From NCBI GenBank assembly GCA_019117325.1, contig DWZY01000329.1, positions 1 to 44,131 of the forward strand: a stretch of DNA of 44,131 nucleotides, in the 5' to 3' direction. The notes beneath the pieces are model-generated. The model saw nothing but the letters and a program-made list of their open reading frames with translations, was not told where the DNA came from and ran no database searches. This stretch comes from Candidatus Brevibacterium intestinigallinarum. GTDB lineage: Bacteria; Actinomycetota; Actinomycetes; Actinomycetales; Brevibacteriaceae. The position numbers were made by a program, and so were the translations under genes. Positions 1 through 8,863 of the stretch are shown piece after piece (the first letter of the stretch is position 1; each line of letters opens with the position of its first letter).

Positions 1-1
1 C

Positions 2-154
2 CGCACGACGCTCGTGGACCGCGGGGTCATCGCTCCCCAGGACGTCGACCTCTTCACGGTCGTCGACACGGCCGACGAGGCGCTCGCGGCCCTGGGCGAC
101 TGCCTCCCGCCGCTCGCCCAGGACCCGGACCACTCGGGGGAGCCCTCGCAGTGA
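2..154 (+). CDS. 3' end of LOG family (TIGR00730-like) nucleotide-binding protein, partial
   Basis: Frame 2 reads ...TLVDRGVIAPQDVDLFTVVDTADEALAAL...SQ*, resembling a LOG C-terminus. The stop overlaps the folP GTG (GTGA), and this is the usual position upstream of folP2. Confidence 0.75.
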   Translation, partial: RTTLVDRGVIAPQDVDLFTVVDTADEALAALGDCLPPLAQDPDHSGEPSQ

Positions 155-1050
155 CACGGCAGCCGGGCCCGGCTGCCGGGGACCTGCGGATCGGCTCGGT
201 GCACGCCGGCGCGTCGCGGCCCGCTGTCATGGCCGTCATCAATCGGTCCGTCGACTCCTTCCACGTCTCCGAGCCCACCGCGGAATCCGCGGTCCGCGCG
301 GCCGCAGCGGCGCAGGAGGCCGGCGCCGCGATCGTCGACATCGGCGGGGTGCGCGCCGGTCGCGGCCCGCACGTGGGCATCCAGGAGGAGATCGACCTCG
401 TGTGTCCGGTCATCGCCGCGGTCCACGCGCAGCTGCCGGGCCTCGTCATCTCCGCCGACACATACCGTGCGCCGGTCGCGCGCGAGGCGCTGGCCGCCGG
501 AGCGCGGATCGTGAACGACACGTGGGCGGGTGCCGATCCGGATCTGCCGTTCGTCGCGGCCCGTGCCGGGGCCGGACTCGTCTGCTCGCACACCGGCGGA
601 CTGGACCCGCGCACTGACGCCCACCGCAACCGGTACGGCCTGCTCCCGGACAACGTCGTGGATGCCGTCCTCACCGGGGTCCTCGACCTGGCCGGCCGCG
701 CGCGCCGGGCCGGCATCCCCGACCATCGGATCCTGCTGGACCCCACCCCGGACTTCGGGAAGAACACGCGCCAGTCGCTGCGCCTGCTGCGCAGCATCGA
801 CCGCTTCGCCCAGCACGGGCACCCGGTGCTCCTGGCGATCTCCCGGAAGGACTTCATCGGCGAATCCGTCGACGCGCAGACCCCGGCCGCGCGCCTGCCG
901 GCGACCCTGGCCGCGACCGCGTACGCGGTCGAGCACGGAGCAGCCGTCATCCGCACCCACGATGTGTCCGAGACCGTCGACACGATCCGCATGATCGGTG
1001 CCATCACGGGAGCGGCAGAGCCCCTGCGCAGCGTGCGCGGCCTGCGCTGA
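151..1050 (+). CDS. folP: Dihydropteroate synthase family protein (FolP2-like)
   Basis: Motifs MAVINRSVDSF, IVDIGG, ISADTY, IVND, LLDP, SRKDFIG, IRTHDV (pterin-binding TIM barrel); LOG-folP2-DivIVA synteny. Confidence 0.9.
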   Translation: MTRQPGPAAGDLRIGSVHAGASRPAVMAVINRSVDSFHVSEPTAESAVRAAAAAQEAGAAIVDIGGVRAGRGPHVGIQEEIDLVCPVIAAVHAQLPGLVISADTYRAPVAREALAAGARIVNDTWAGADPDLPFVAARAGAGLVCSHTGGLDPRTDAHRNRYGLLPDNVVDAVLTGVLDLAGRARRAGIPDHRILLDPTPDFGKNTRQSLRLLRSIDRFAQHGHPVLLAISRKDFIGESVDAQTPAARLPATLAATAYAVEHGAAVIRTHDVSETVDTIRMIGAITGAAEPLRSVRGLR

Positions 1051-1080
1051 GGACCCAGGCGGCTGTGAGACGATGACGTC

Positions 1081-1413
1081 ATGCCGATGTGGATCATCCT
1101 CGGAGTGTGTGCAGCTGTCTTCGTGCTCGTCGTCGCCGTCGCGGGCTCCCGCGGCGTGTTCGACGGCGGGATGGGACAGGACGAACCCGACCTCCCGCGT
1201 GCGGACCGCCTGCCGGCACAGCCCAGTGCCGCGGATCTGGCCGACGTGAGGTTCACGCCGGTCCTGTGGGGCTACCGTCCCGCCGAGGTCGACCGGACGA
1301 TGGACGTCCTGCGCGAGCGCATCGCGCAGCTCGAGGCCCGGTCCGCCGCCGGCGCGGCCTCCACTGCCTCCGGCACGCCGTCCGCTGCACCCGGCGCTCC
1401 CACCGACGCGTGA
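1081..1413 (+). CDS. DivIVA-domain membrane-anchored protein
   Basis: N-terminal hydrophobic helix followed by VRFTPVLWGYRPAEVD (DivIVA motif) and a short coiled coil. Confidence 0.85.
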   Translation: MPMWIILGVCAAVFVLVVAVAGSRGVFDGGMGQDEPDLPRADRLPAQPSAADLADVRFTPVLWGYRPAEVDRTMDVLRERIAQLEARSAAGAASTASGTPSAAPGAPTDA

Positions 1414-2660
1414 GGGCGGCCGCGAACCCGCATCTTCCAGAGGGGGAGAGGGCCCCGGTCGTCCTGCCGGGCCTCTTCGACCGTGCGCGGCTCATCCGCG
1501 CAGCCCGCGCCGTGCTGGCGCTGCCGGTCTGGCTGCAGGCCCTGGCGGTCTACCTCGTGTCGCGCCTCGTGTCCCTGGGCATCATGGCGATGGTCGTGCG
1601 CACGCAGCCGGTCGCGCCATGGACGACCGGCGCGCAGACCACCCTGAATGACTTCCTGAACTTCTGGGACGGCGGCTGGTACGGACGGATCGCGGAGGAG
1701 TGGTACCCCACCGCCCTGCCGGTCTACGAGACGGGGCAGATCGCGCAGAACCAGTGGGCGTTCTACCCGCTGCACCCCCTGCTGGTCCGGGACCTGTCCA
1801 TGCTGACCGGCGCGGACTTCTACACGATCGCCCCGGTGCTCTCCACCGTCCTGGGCGGCGCGGCCGCGGTCGTGATCCTCCTGCTCTTCCGCGAGGTGAC
1901 GACGCATGGTCGCGCGCTCACGGGCCTCACGCTCGTCCTCTTCTTCCCCGCGTCTCCGATCCTCAGCACCGCGTACGCGGAGTCCCTGACGCTGTTCCTC
2001 CAGGCGATCGTCCTCCTCCTGGTGCTGCGGCGGCAGTACGCCTGGGCGATCGGCCCCGTCTTCCTCCTGGCGCTCTCACGGCCGATCGGAGTGGCCGTCG
2101 CGTTCTTCCTGCTCCTCCACCTCATCAACCGCTTCCGCCGGCGCCGGATCGAGCCGTATCCCACCGGACAGGTGGTGTCGTCGTGGACGCTGGGAGTCCT
2201 CTCCTGCGTCGCGGCACTCGCGCATCCCATCCACGCGTGGATCCGGACGGGATCGCTGACCGCGTACACGGACACGGAAGCCGCCTGGCACACGGGCGAG
2301 ACGCACATCCTCACGCAGTGGGTGAGCGCGGGAGAGAGGTGGCTGGGGATGTTCGCCCCCGTGGCACTCCTCGTGCTGGTCGTGGGCATGGTCGCCCTGC
2401 TCGTCTCTCCGGCGGGTCGGACCATGGGTGCGACGATGCAGCAGTTCTGCTGGGGGTACGGGATCTATCTCCTCCTGTTCTTCACCCCGCAGACCTCGAC
2501 GCTGCGGCTCCTGCTGCCCCTCTTCCCGCTCGCCCTGACGCTGGCGGCCTCACGGTCGTGGGCGGCGCGAGCGATCGCTCTGAGCGCGTTCACGGTCCTC
2601 CAGATCGTGTGGGTGGGCTGGCTGTGGCACTTCACGCCGCCCGGTGACCTGCCGCCGTGA
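1410..2660 (+). CDS. Polytopic GT-C glycosyltransferase (PIG-V/mannosyltransferase-like)
   Basis: WDGGWY, WAFYPL, AYAESL motifs and many TM segments. The start is inferred as GTG 1410, overlapping the upstream stop; the ORF-track start at 1089 is a run-on. Confidence 0.75.
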   Translation: MRAAANPHLPEGERAPVVLPGLFDRARLIRAARAVLALPVWLQALAVYLVSRLVSLGIMAMVVRTQPVAPWTTGAQTTLNDFLNFWDGGWYGRIAEEWYPTALPVYETGQIAQNQWAFYPLHPLLVRDLSMLTGADFYTIAPVLSTVLGGAAAVVILLLFREVTTHGRALTGLTLVLFFPASPILSTAYAESLTLFLQAIVLLLVLRRQYAWAIGPVFLLALSRPIGVAVAFFLLLHLINRFRRRRIEPYPTGQVVSSWTLGVLSCVAALAHPIHAWIRTGSLTAYTDTEAAWHTGETHILTQWVSAGERWLGMFAPVALLVLVVGMVALLVSPAGRTMGATMQQFCWGYGIYLLLFFTPQTSTLRLLLPLFPLALTLAASRSWAARAIALSAFTVLQIVWVGWLWHFTPPGDLPP

Positions 2661-2748
2661 CGTGCGCGGATGACGCCGCAACAGGCGGATTTCGTGCGGA
2701 TGGTGGATAATCAGTGGTGTTAGCTTTTCGACGCGAAGGGATGCTCCC

Positions 2749-2919
2749 ATGGCAGCACAGAAGCCCCGCACGGGCGACGGACCTCTTGAGGTGACGAAGG
2801 AGGGCCGCAGCATGGTGCTGCGGCTGCCCGTTGAGGGAGGCGGACGACTCGTCATCGAGATCAGCCCGGATGAGGCGACCGCGCTGCGCGACACGCTCGC
2901 CGAGGCGCTCGGAGGCTGA
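2749..2919 (+). CDS. DUF3117 family small protein (56 aa, missing from ORF track)
   Basis: MAAQKPRTGDGPLEVTKEGRSMVLRLPVEGGGRLVIEISPDEA..., a characteristic actinobacterial DUF3117 sequence; GAAGGGA SD-like site and GATAAT -10 upstream. Confidence 0.92.
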   Translation: MAAQKPRTGDGPLEVTKEGRSMVLRLPVEGGGRLVIEISPDEATALRDTLAEALGG

Positions 2920-2938
2920 GCCTCCCCGCTTCACGCAG

Positions 2939-2974
2939 ACCGGCCCCCGCACGCTCGCGCGTGCGGGGGCCGGT
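2939..2974. terminator. GC-rich hairpin between convergent genes
   Basis: ACCGGCCCCCGCACGC-TCGC-GCGTGCGGGGGCCGGT, perfect 16-bp stem. Confidence 0.75.
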
Positions 2975-2992
2975 GCCATTCGCAGCGGGTGC

Positions 2993-3625
2993 TCAGAGGC
3001 GACGCAGCACGAGCATCCCGTCGTCGATGGGCAGGAGCAGCCGGGTGAGGTCAGTCCGCCGGGCCAGGTCCTGCAGCAGCTGTCGCAGTGCGCGCACGCG
3101 GGGCGTGCGGACCGTCGGGTCTGCGACGGCCCCGCCCAGCAGGGCCTGATCGAGGACGAGGACGCCGCCGGGCTCCAGCCGCTCCAGCGCCAGGGGCACG
3201 ACCGCGGGCGCGTGCAGGTGGCCCGCATCGATGTGGACGAGGTCGTAGGCGGCCACGGACAGGCGGGCGAGCACGTCCTCGGCGCGTCCCGTGATCATCC
3301 GGACCCGGTGTCCGGCGAGGTCCGCGTGGACGATGAGCTCCCGCGCGACGGCCTGCGCCTCCGCATCCGTGTCGATCGAGGTGAGGATCCCCGACCTGTT
3401 CATCCCGCGCAGCAGCGCGAGCGTCCCGGTGCCGGTGCCGGTGCCCACCTCGATCGCGGCGGCGGGATCGAGGAGCGACGTGAGGAAGGTGAGTGCCGCG
3501 CTGGAGGTGGGCGGCAGGGGGCGCCTCCTGTGCTCCTGCGCGATCGAGCGCGCGGCGTCGTCCACGGCGTCCGTGCCGTTGTACTGCTCGGCCATGCGCG
3601 CGCTGGCGGCCCACTCGCGGGACAT
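2993..3625 (-). CDS. SAM-dependent O-methyltransferase (Rv1220c-like)
   Basis: IEVGTGTG SAM motif, LTSID, YDLVHIDA, LEPGG; GAGGAG SD upstream. Confidence 0.9.
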   Translation of the reverse strand: MSREWAASARMAEQYNGTDAVDDAARSIAQEHRRRPLPPTSSAALTFLTSLLDPAAAIEVGTGTGTGTLALLRGMNRSGILTSIDTDAEAQAVARELIVHADLAGHRVRMITGRAEDVLARLSVAAYDLVHIDAGHLHAPAVVPLALERLEPGGVLVLDQALLGGAVADPTVRTPRVRALRQLLQDLARRTDLTRLLLPIDDGMLVLRRL

Positions 3626-3651
3626 GCGGGACTCCTCTCGATCCGGTCAGT

Positions 3652-4032
3652 CTAGTCCTGGGCGGGGCTCTGCTCCTGCATCTCGTCGTCGGCCTGAGCG
3701 TCCGGCAGGTCCGCGAGTGCCTCCTCGACCCGCTGGCCGTAGTCGGTCTCGTCGAGTCCGGCCCGCCGCAGGTCGATCCGGCCGTCCGCCGTGAGCGGTG
3801 TGCCCTCCTCGTGCAGGTGCAGCAGAGCCCGCGCCATGAGGGGCGGGGGCAGTTCACCGCGCGCATTGGGCACGCGCCACCAGGGCACCGCGGATCCGTG
3901 GTGGCTCAGGACGCGCGCCGCGAGGCGGGCGGACTCCCCAACGGCCCGTCCCACCCGGCCGTACGGCATCGCGCAGCCCGCGGGGATCGACTCGACCGCC
4001 CGCAGCACGCGCTCCACCCGCAGTTCGTCCAT
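3652..4032 (-). CDS. MGMT-family alkyltransferase-like (ATL) protein
   Basis: IPAG..MPYGRVG..., VPWWRV in place of the catalytic PCHRV. Confidence 0.85.
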   Translation of the reverse strand: MDELRVERVLRAVESIPAGCAMPYGRVGRAVGESARLAARVLSHHGSAVPWWRVPNARGELPPPLMARALLHLHEEGTPLTADGRIDLRRAGLDETDYGQRVEEALADLPDAQADDEMQEQSPAQD

Positions 4033-4100
4033 GCGCCGCATCCTCTCACGCGCCGATGCGGGGGACGGGACACGCAGGCCCGATTGGTAGGATCGAGCGC

Positions 4101-4574
4101 ATGTTCGGCATCAATGGATTCGAGATCGTCATCCTCATCCTTGTTGCCCTGTTCGTCGTGGGTCCCCAGCGTCTGCCGGAGTACGCGGCGAAGCTGCGGG
4201 ACCTGGTCCGCAGCGTCCGCCGGATGGCGGAGGGGGCCAAGGAGACCGTCAAGCAGGACTTCGGCGCGGACCTCGACGAGTACGACTGGAAGAGCCTCGA
4301 TCCGCGCCAGTACGATCCGCGCCGCATCGTCCGCGAAGCACTCGCGGAGGAGGACCGCGCGATCCGCGAGGAGCGGCGCCGGTCGGGCCCGTCTGCCTCC
4401 GAGCGCGGGTCCCGGAACGCGACCGGCAGCACCGCGGCAGCCGCAGCGGCCTCGGGCACCGCAGTGCCCAGCGTCGAGGACCTGCCCGGCCTCACGCCGC
4501 TCGAGCGGCATCGCGCCCAGGTCGAGAAGCGCGCGGAGGGTGGACCGGCCCCCTTCGATACCGAAGCGACCTGA
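4101..4574 (+). CDS. tatB: Sec-independent protein translocase TatB
   Basis: MFGINGFEIVILILVALFVVGPQRLP, LDPRQYDPR, C-terminal PFDTEAT; TAGGAT -10 directly upstream (leaderless). Confidence 0.92.
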   Translation: MFGINGFEIVILILVALFVVGPQRLPEYAAKLRDLVRSVRRMAEGAKETVKQDFGADLDEYDWKSLDPRQYDPRRIVREALAEEDRAIREERRRSGPSASERGSRNATGSTAAAAAASGTAVPSVEDLPGLTPLERHRAQVEKRAEGGPAPFDTEAT

Positions 4575-4634
4575 GCCGACCCAGCACGCCGGAGCCTGTC
4601 CTGCGTCGCTGACCCATCATCGTGAGTCGCCCGG

Positions 4635-5792
4635 TCAGTCCAGCGGGCTGAGCCCCAGGTTCTTCCCCAGGAGCGACTGGCGCCTCTGCGCGAGGGTGTC
4701 GGCGATGGCCCGCAGTGCGGCCGGGCCCGGTGAATCCGGGTGGGACAGCACAGCCGGCGTCCCGGCATCCGCGCCCTCCCGCACCACGGGATCCAGCGGG
4801 ATCTGCCCCAGCAGCGGGACATGTGCCTGCAGGCCGGCGGCCTCGAGCCGGGTGGAGAGCCTCTCTGCGACCTGCCGGCCGCCGCCCTCGCCGAAGATCG
4901 CGTTCCGGCTGCCGTCCGGCATGACCATCCACGACATGTTCTCGATGACGCCCGCGATCCGCTGCTTCGTGCTGGTGGCCAGGGCTCCGGAGCGCTCCGC
5001 GACCTGTGCGGCGGCGTGCTGCGGCGTTGTGACGATGAGCAGTTCGGAGTCCGGCAGCAGCTGACCCACGGAGATCGCGACGTCACCGGTGCCCGGGGGG
5101 AGGTCCAGCAGCAGCACGTCCAGGTCGCCCCAGAAGACGTCCGTGAGGAACTGCTCGATCGCCCGGTGGAGCATGGGTCCGCGCCACACGACCGCCTGGC
5201 CGGGGTCGACGAACATGCCGATGCTCATGACGGACACGTCGTGGCCGGGCAGGGGGAGGATCATGTCCTCGAGCTTCGTGGGCTTACCCGCCACACCCAT
5301 CATGGGCGGGATGGAGAAGCCGTGGATATCGGCATCGAGGATGCCCACGCGCAGGCCGCGAGCCGCGAGCGCGGCGGCCAGGTTCGCCGTCACGGAGGAC
5401 TTGCCGACCCCGCCCTTGCCCGAGGCCACCGCCAGGACCCGTGTGAGGTTCCCCGGCTGCACGAAGGGGTTGACGTGGCCCGCCCCGCGCAGCTGCTCGC
5501 GCAGCGCCTTCCGCTGCTCGGGCGTCATGACCCCCAGGTCGAGGGCGACGTCCGTGATGCCGTCGACTCGGAGTGCGGCGGCGCGGACGTCCTCGGTGAT
5601 GGTGCCCCGCATGGGGCAGCCGGCGATCGTGAGGAGCACGCGCACGTGGGCCGTGCCGTCGTCGGCCACCCGCGCGGACTCGACCATGTCGAGCTCGGTG
5701 AGGGGCCGCCGCAGTTCCGGATCGATGACCTCGCCCAGCGCGGCCCACAGGGCGGACTCGCGCGGGTCAGCGCGCCGTCCGTCGTCCGTCAT
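4635..5792 (-). CDS. mrp: Mrp/NBP35 (ApbC) family ATPase
   Basis: N-terminal DPEL...LTIAGCP domain, SGKGGVGKS, DADIHG, VVWRGPML, DLPPGTGD; start at MTDDG. Confidence 0.93.
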   Translation of the reverse strand: MTDDGRRADPRESALWAALGEVIDPELRRPLTELDMVESARVADDGTAHVRVLLTIAGCPMRGTITEDVRAAALRVDGITDVALDLGVMTPEQRKALREQLRGAGHVNPFVQPGNLTRVLAVASGKGGVGKSSVTANLAAALAARGLRVGILDADIHGFSIPPMMGVAGKPTKLEDMILPLPGHDVSVMSIGMFVDPGQAVVWRGPMLHRAIEQFLTDVFWGDLDVLLLDLPPGTGDVAISVGQLLPDSELLIVTTPQHAAAQVAERSGALATSTKQRIAGVIENMSWMVMPDGSRNAIFGEGGGRQVAERLSTRLEAAGLQAHVPLLGQIPLDPVVREGADAGTPAVLSHPDSPGPAALRAIADTLAQRRQSLLGKNLGLSPLD

Positions 5793-6394
5793 CCTCGCGT
5801 CCCCTCCTCCTGCTCTGCGTCGTCCGTCTGCCCAGTCTCGTGCGTCTGCTCCGTCTCGCCCGTCCTCGTGCTGTCTGCGTCGCGGTCCTCGGTCTTCTGC
5901 CCCTCGGCCTGCCGGGCCTCGTCCATCTCCTCCAGCAGCGACTTGAGCTCGGAGCGGATGAAGTCGCGGGTGGCGACCTCGCGCATCGCCACGCGCAGGC
6001 TCGCGACCTCGCGGGCGAGGAACTCCGTGTCCGCCAGGTTGCGCTCGGCCCGCTGGCGGTCGGCCTCGAACTCGACGCGGTCGCGGTCCGCGGACCGGTT
6101 GTCCGCCAGGAGCAGCAGGGGCGCGGCGTAGGACGCCTGCAGCGAGAGGATGAGCGTGAGCAGGGTGAAGTTGAGCTCGCGGGGATCGAACTGCATCTCC
6201 ACCGGGGCCAGCGTGTTCCACGCGAGCCACACGGCGCAGATGATCGTCATCCACACGAGGAACATGGGGGTGCCCATGAAGCGGGCGATGCCCTCGGCGA
6301 TCCGCCCGAACGAGTCCGGGGGCATGCCCACCTGCGGCAGGCGCCTGCGGGCGCTGCGGGGTGTGTCGAGTCCCGGTGCGTCAGGGCGTGCCAT
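5789..6394 (-). CDS. DUF1003 membrane protein
   Basis: IARFMGT, two TM segments, LLTLILSLQASYAAPLLLLA..R, ADTEFLARE. Confidence 0.9.
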   Translation of the reverse strand: MARPDAPGLDTPRSARRRLPQVGMPPDSFGRIAEGIARFMGTPMFLVWMTIICAVWLAWNTLAPVEMQFDPRELNFTLLTLILSLQASYAAPLLLLADNRSADRDRVEFEADRQRAERNLADTEFLAREVASLRVAMREVATRDFIRSELKSLLEEMDEARQAEGQKTEDRDADSTRTGETEQTHETGQTDDAEQEEGTRG

Positions 6395-7673
6395 GGGCCG
6401 CCTCCTCTCGTGGTTCGTCGCGCTGCTCGCGCCAGTCGTCCGGCAGCAGGGCGTCCAGCACGTCATCGACGGTGACGACCCCCACCAGGTGATCCGCCTC
6501 GTCCGTGATCGGCACGGACACCAGGTTGTAGGCCGCCAGCAGTGCGGCGACCTCGCCGGTGGGCGCCTCCGGCGGCAGCGGCTCGACCTCCGTGTCCAGC
6601 AGGGTGCCCACGGCCTCGTGCGGTGGGTGCCGCAGCATCTCCTGGATGTGGACGAGGCCCAGGTATGTGCCGGTGGGCGGTTCCAGCGGCTGCCGGCACA
6701 CGAAGACGGCGGCGGCCAGCGCGGCAGGCAGCTCGGAGCGGCGGACGTGGGCCAGGGCCTCGGCGATCGAGGTCTCCGGGGACAGGATGACCGGCTCCGT
6801 CGTCATGAGGCCGCCGGCGGTGTCCTCGTCGTACGCCAGCAGCGTGCGGACGTCCTCCGCCTCCTCCTCGTCCATCGCCTGGAGGAGGCTCTCGGCGCGA
6901 TCCGCGGACAGCTCGCCCAGCAGGTCAGCCGCGTCATCGGGCTGCATCGTCTCCAGCAGGATCGCGGAGCGCTCGATGCCCACACCGTCCAGGATCGCGA
7001 TCGCGTCCTCCTCCGGCAGCTCCTCGAGCACATCGGCCAGGCGGTCGTCCGACAGTTCGCGGACGACGTCCATCCGGCGCTTGGGGTCCAGCTCGCGCAG
7101 CATGTCCGCGAGGTCCGCGGGCTTCGTGTCCTGGTAGGCGGCCAGGAGCTGCGTGGCCTGCTGGAAGGTCGCGGAGTCGGCTGGGAACTCGACCTCCGTC
7201 CAGTCGACCTGCATGGTCTCGCCGCGTCGCCGCAGGGCGTCGAACGGCGTGCGCTGCTCCTTGATCCGGCGCACGAAGAGGCGGGAGATCTCCCATTCGC
7301 GATTGCGCTTCTGCTCGACCGCGACGTCTTCGATGGAGGCGGGGGCGCGGTCGGAGCCCACGAGCACCCGCTGGTCCAGCAGGTCGCCCACGACCAGCGT
7401 CTCCGAGGCGCGCTTGACGAAGCGGCGCATGTTGACCAGCCCGGTCGTGATGACAGCACCCGCATCGATGCTGGTGACGCGCCCGATCGGGACGAACACG
7501 CGGCGGCGGCCGGGCACCTCGACGACGAATCCGATGACCTTGGGCGGCCGTCTGAGTGTGCTGCGATACACGACGACGGCGTCGCGCACCCGGCCCACCT
7601 GATCTCCCAGGGGATCGAGGACGTTCGTCCCGGCCAGGCGCGCGATGAAGACCCTCTCGGTGGCGACGCTCAT
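6381..7673 (-). CDS. MgtE intracellular-domain/CBS protein with N-terminal PRC-barrel-like region, no TM domain
   Basis: PADLAD/DDRLADVLEE/PDDAADLL repeats, TAGGLMT, VTVDDVLD; TACGAT -10 7 nt before the ATG. Confidence 0.9.
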   Translation of the reverse strand: MSVATERVFIARLAGTNVLDPLGDQVGRVRDAVVVYRSTLRRPPKVIGFVVEVPGRRRVFVPIGRVTSIDAGAVITTGLVNMRRFVKRASETLVVGDLLDQRVLVGSDRAPASIEDVAVEQKRNREWEISRLFVRRIKEQRTPFDALRRRGETMQVDWTEVEFPADSATFQQATQLLAAYQDTKPADLADMLRELDPKRRMDVVRELSDDRLADVLEELPEEDAIAILDGVGIERSAILLETMQPDDAADLLGELSADRAESLLQAMDEEEAEDVRTLLAYDEDTAGGLMTTEPVILSPETSIAEALAHVRRSELPAALAAAVFVCRQPLEPPTGTYLGLVHIQEMLRHPPHEAVGTLLDTEVEPLPPEAPTGEVAALLAAYNLVSVPITDEADHLVGVVTVDDVLDALLPDDWREQRDEPREEAAHGTP

Positions 7674-7690
7674 GGTCTCCATCGTACGGG

Positions 7691-8863
7691 TCAGGCCCCG
7701 GTGGTCTGTGCCTCCCATGCGCGCACCATCTCCGGAGCGACCTCGCGCAGCGCGGCGGGTCGGGGAGCCGCGGGCACCTCCGCACCCGCGCCCCGCGGAT
7801 GAGCGGCCGCGGCGACCACCGCGTCGACGATCGCCAGGGACAGCGCATCCGCCGCGGCGGCGTTGATCGCGACCAGCTCGTGCGAGGGGACGTCGCTCTG
7901 CGCAGCCCCGGTCGCCAGCGCGAACACGGTGTCCCCGTCGTAGAGCGTGTGCGAGGGGTGGACCGCCCGCGCGAGGCCCGCCTGCGCGGACTGCGCGACC
8001 CGGGTCACCTGCGCCGCATCGAGGCCGGCGTCCGTCACGATCGCCGCGATCGTCGTGTTCCGGGGCGAGAGGACCGCGTCACGGACCGTGCCGTCCAGCG
8101 CGAGGGCCTGCTCGACCCAGTCCGCCGGTGCCGCCGGGACCGTGAGGCCCACCCGTTCCAGCACCCCGTCCGCGTGCAGGCGGCCCGAGGGCGCCAGCAC
8201 ATCGCCCATGGGATTCGCGACGACGAGGGCCGCGACCAGGTGCCCGCCGCGGGTGCGCAGGCACACGGAGCCCAGGCCGCCGCGCAGCAGGCCGCGGCCG
8301 GTGAACGCGCCGGTGCCGCCGCCCACGCTGCCGCGCACCGGTGCCCGGCCGCCCAGGACTCCGGCGTGCTCGCCGCCCTCCTCGCGGGCGCTGCGATACG
8401 CCGCGAGGCCCATCTCCGGGCCGGGGTGCCGCAGGGTCCCGTCACCGCGGCCCAGGTCGTAGACGGCGGCTGTCGGGACGATCGGCACGTACGCGCCCGG
8501 CAGCTGCGGGGCGGGGAAGCCGCGCCCGTCCGCGGCCAGGCCCTGCTGGACGCCCAGCGCGGTCGACAGTCCCCACGCGCTGCCGCCGGTCAGGACGATC
8601 GCGTCCGCGCCGGGGGAGTGCGTGCCGGGTGCCAGCACGTCCGTCTCGTGACCGGCGGGGCCGCCACCGGCCACGTCGACGCCCGTGATGGTGCCGGCCG
8701 GCGGCAGCAGGACGGTCGTGCCGGTCAGCCAGCCGTCCTCCGTCGCCTGCGCCGCGCCCACCCGCACACCGGGCACGCTCACGACGGAGCCGCCCGGGAC
8801 CAGCCGGCCGAACGGCTCCCGGAACGGTCCCCGCCCTGCCACATCCGCCGCCGAGGCCCCCAT
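7691..8863 (-). CDS. P1/S58 (DmpA-like) peptidase
   Basis: VPGVRVG, GGGPAGHETD, LTGGSAWGL, VPIVPTAAVYDL, RNTT, HTLYDGDTVFAL; start overlaps the pepP stop. Confidence 0.88.
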   Translation of the reverse strand: MGASAADVAGRGPFREPFGRLVPGGSVVSVPGVRVGAAQATEDGWLTGTTVLLPPAGTITGVDVAGGGPAGHETDVLAPGTHSPGADAIVLTGGSAWGLSTALGVQQGLAADGRGFPAPQLPGAYVPIVPTAAVYDLGRGDGTLRHPGPEMGLAAYRSAREEGGEHAGVLGGRAPVRGSVGGGTGAFTGRGLLRGGLGSVCLRTRGGHLVAALVVANPMGDVLAPSGRLHADGVLERVGLTVPAAPADWVEQALALDGTVRDAVLSPRNTTIAAIVTDAGLDAAQVTRVAQSAQAGLARAVHPSHTLYDGDTVFALATGAAQSDVPSHELVAINAAAADALSLAIVDAVVAAAAHPRGAGAEVPAAPRPAALREVAPEMVRAWEAQTTGA

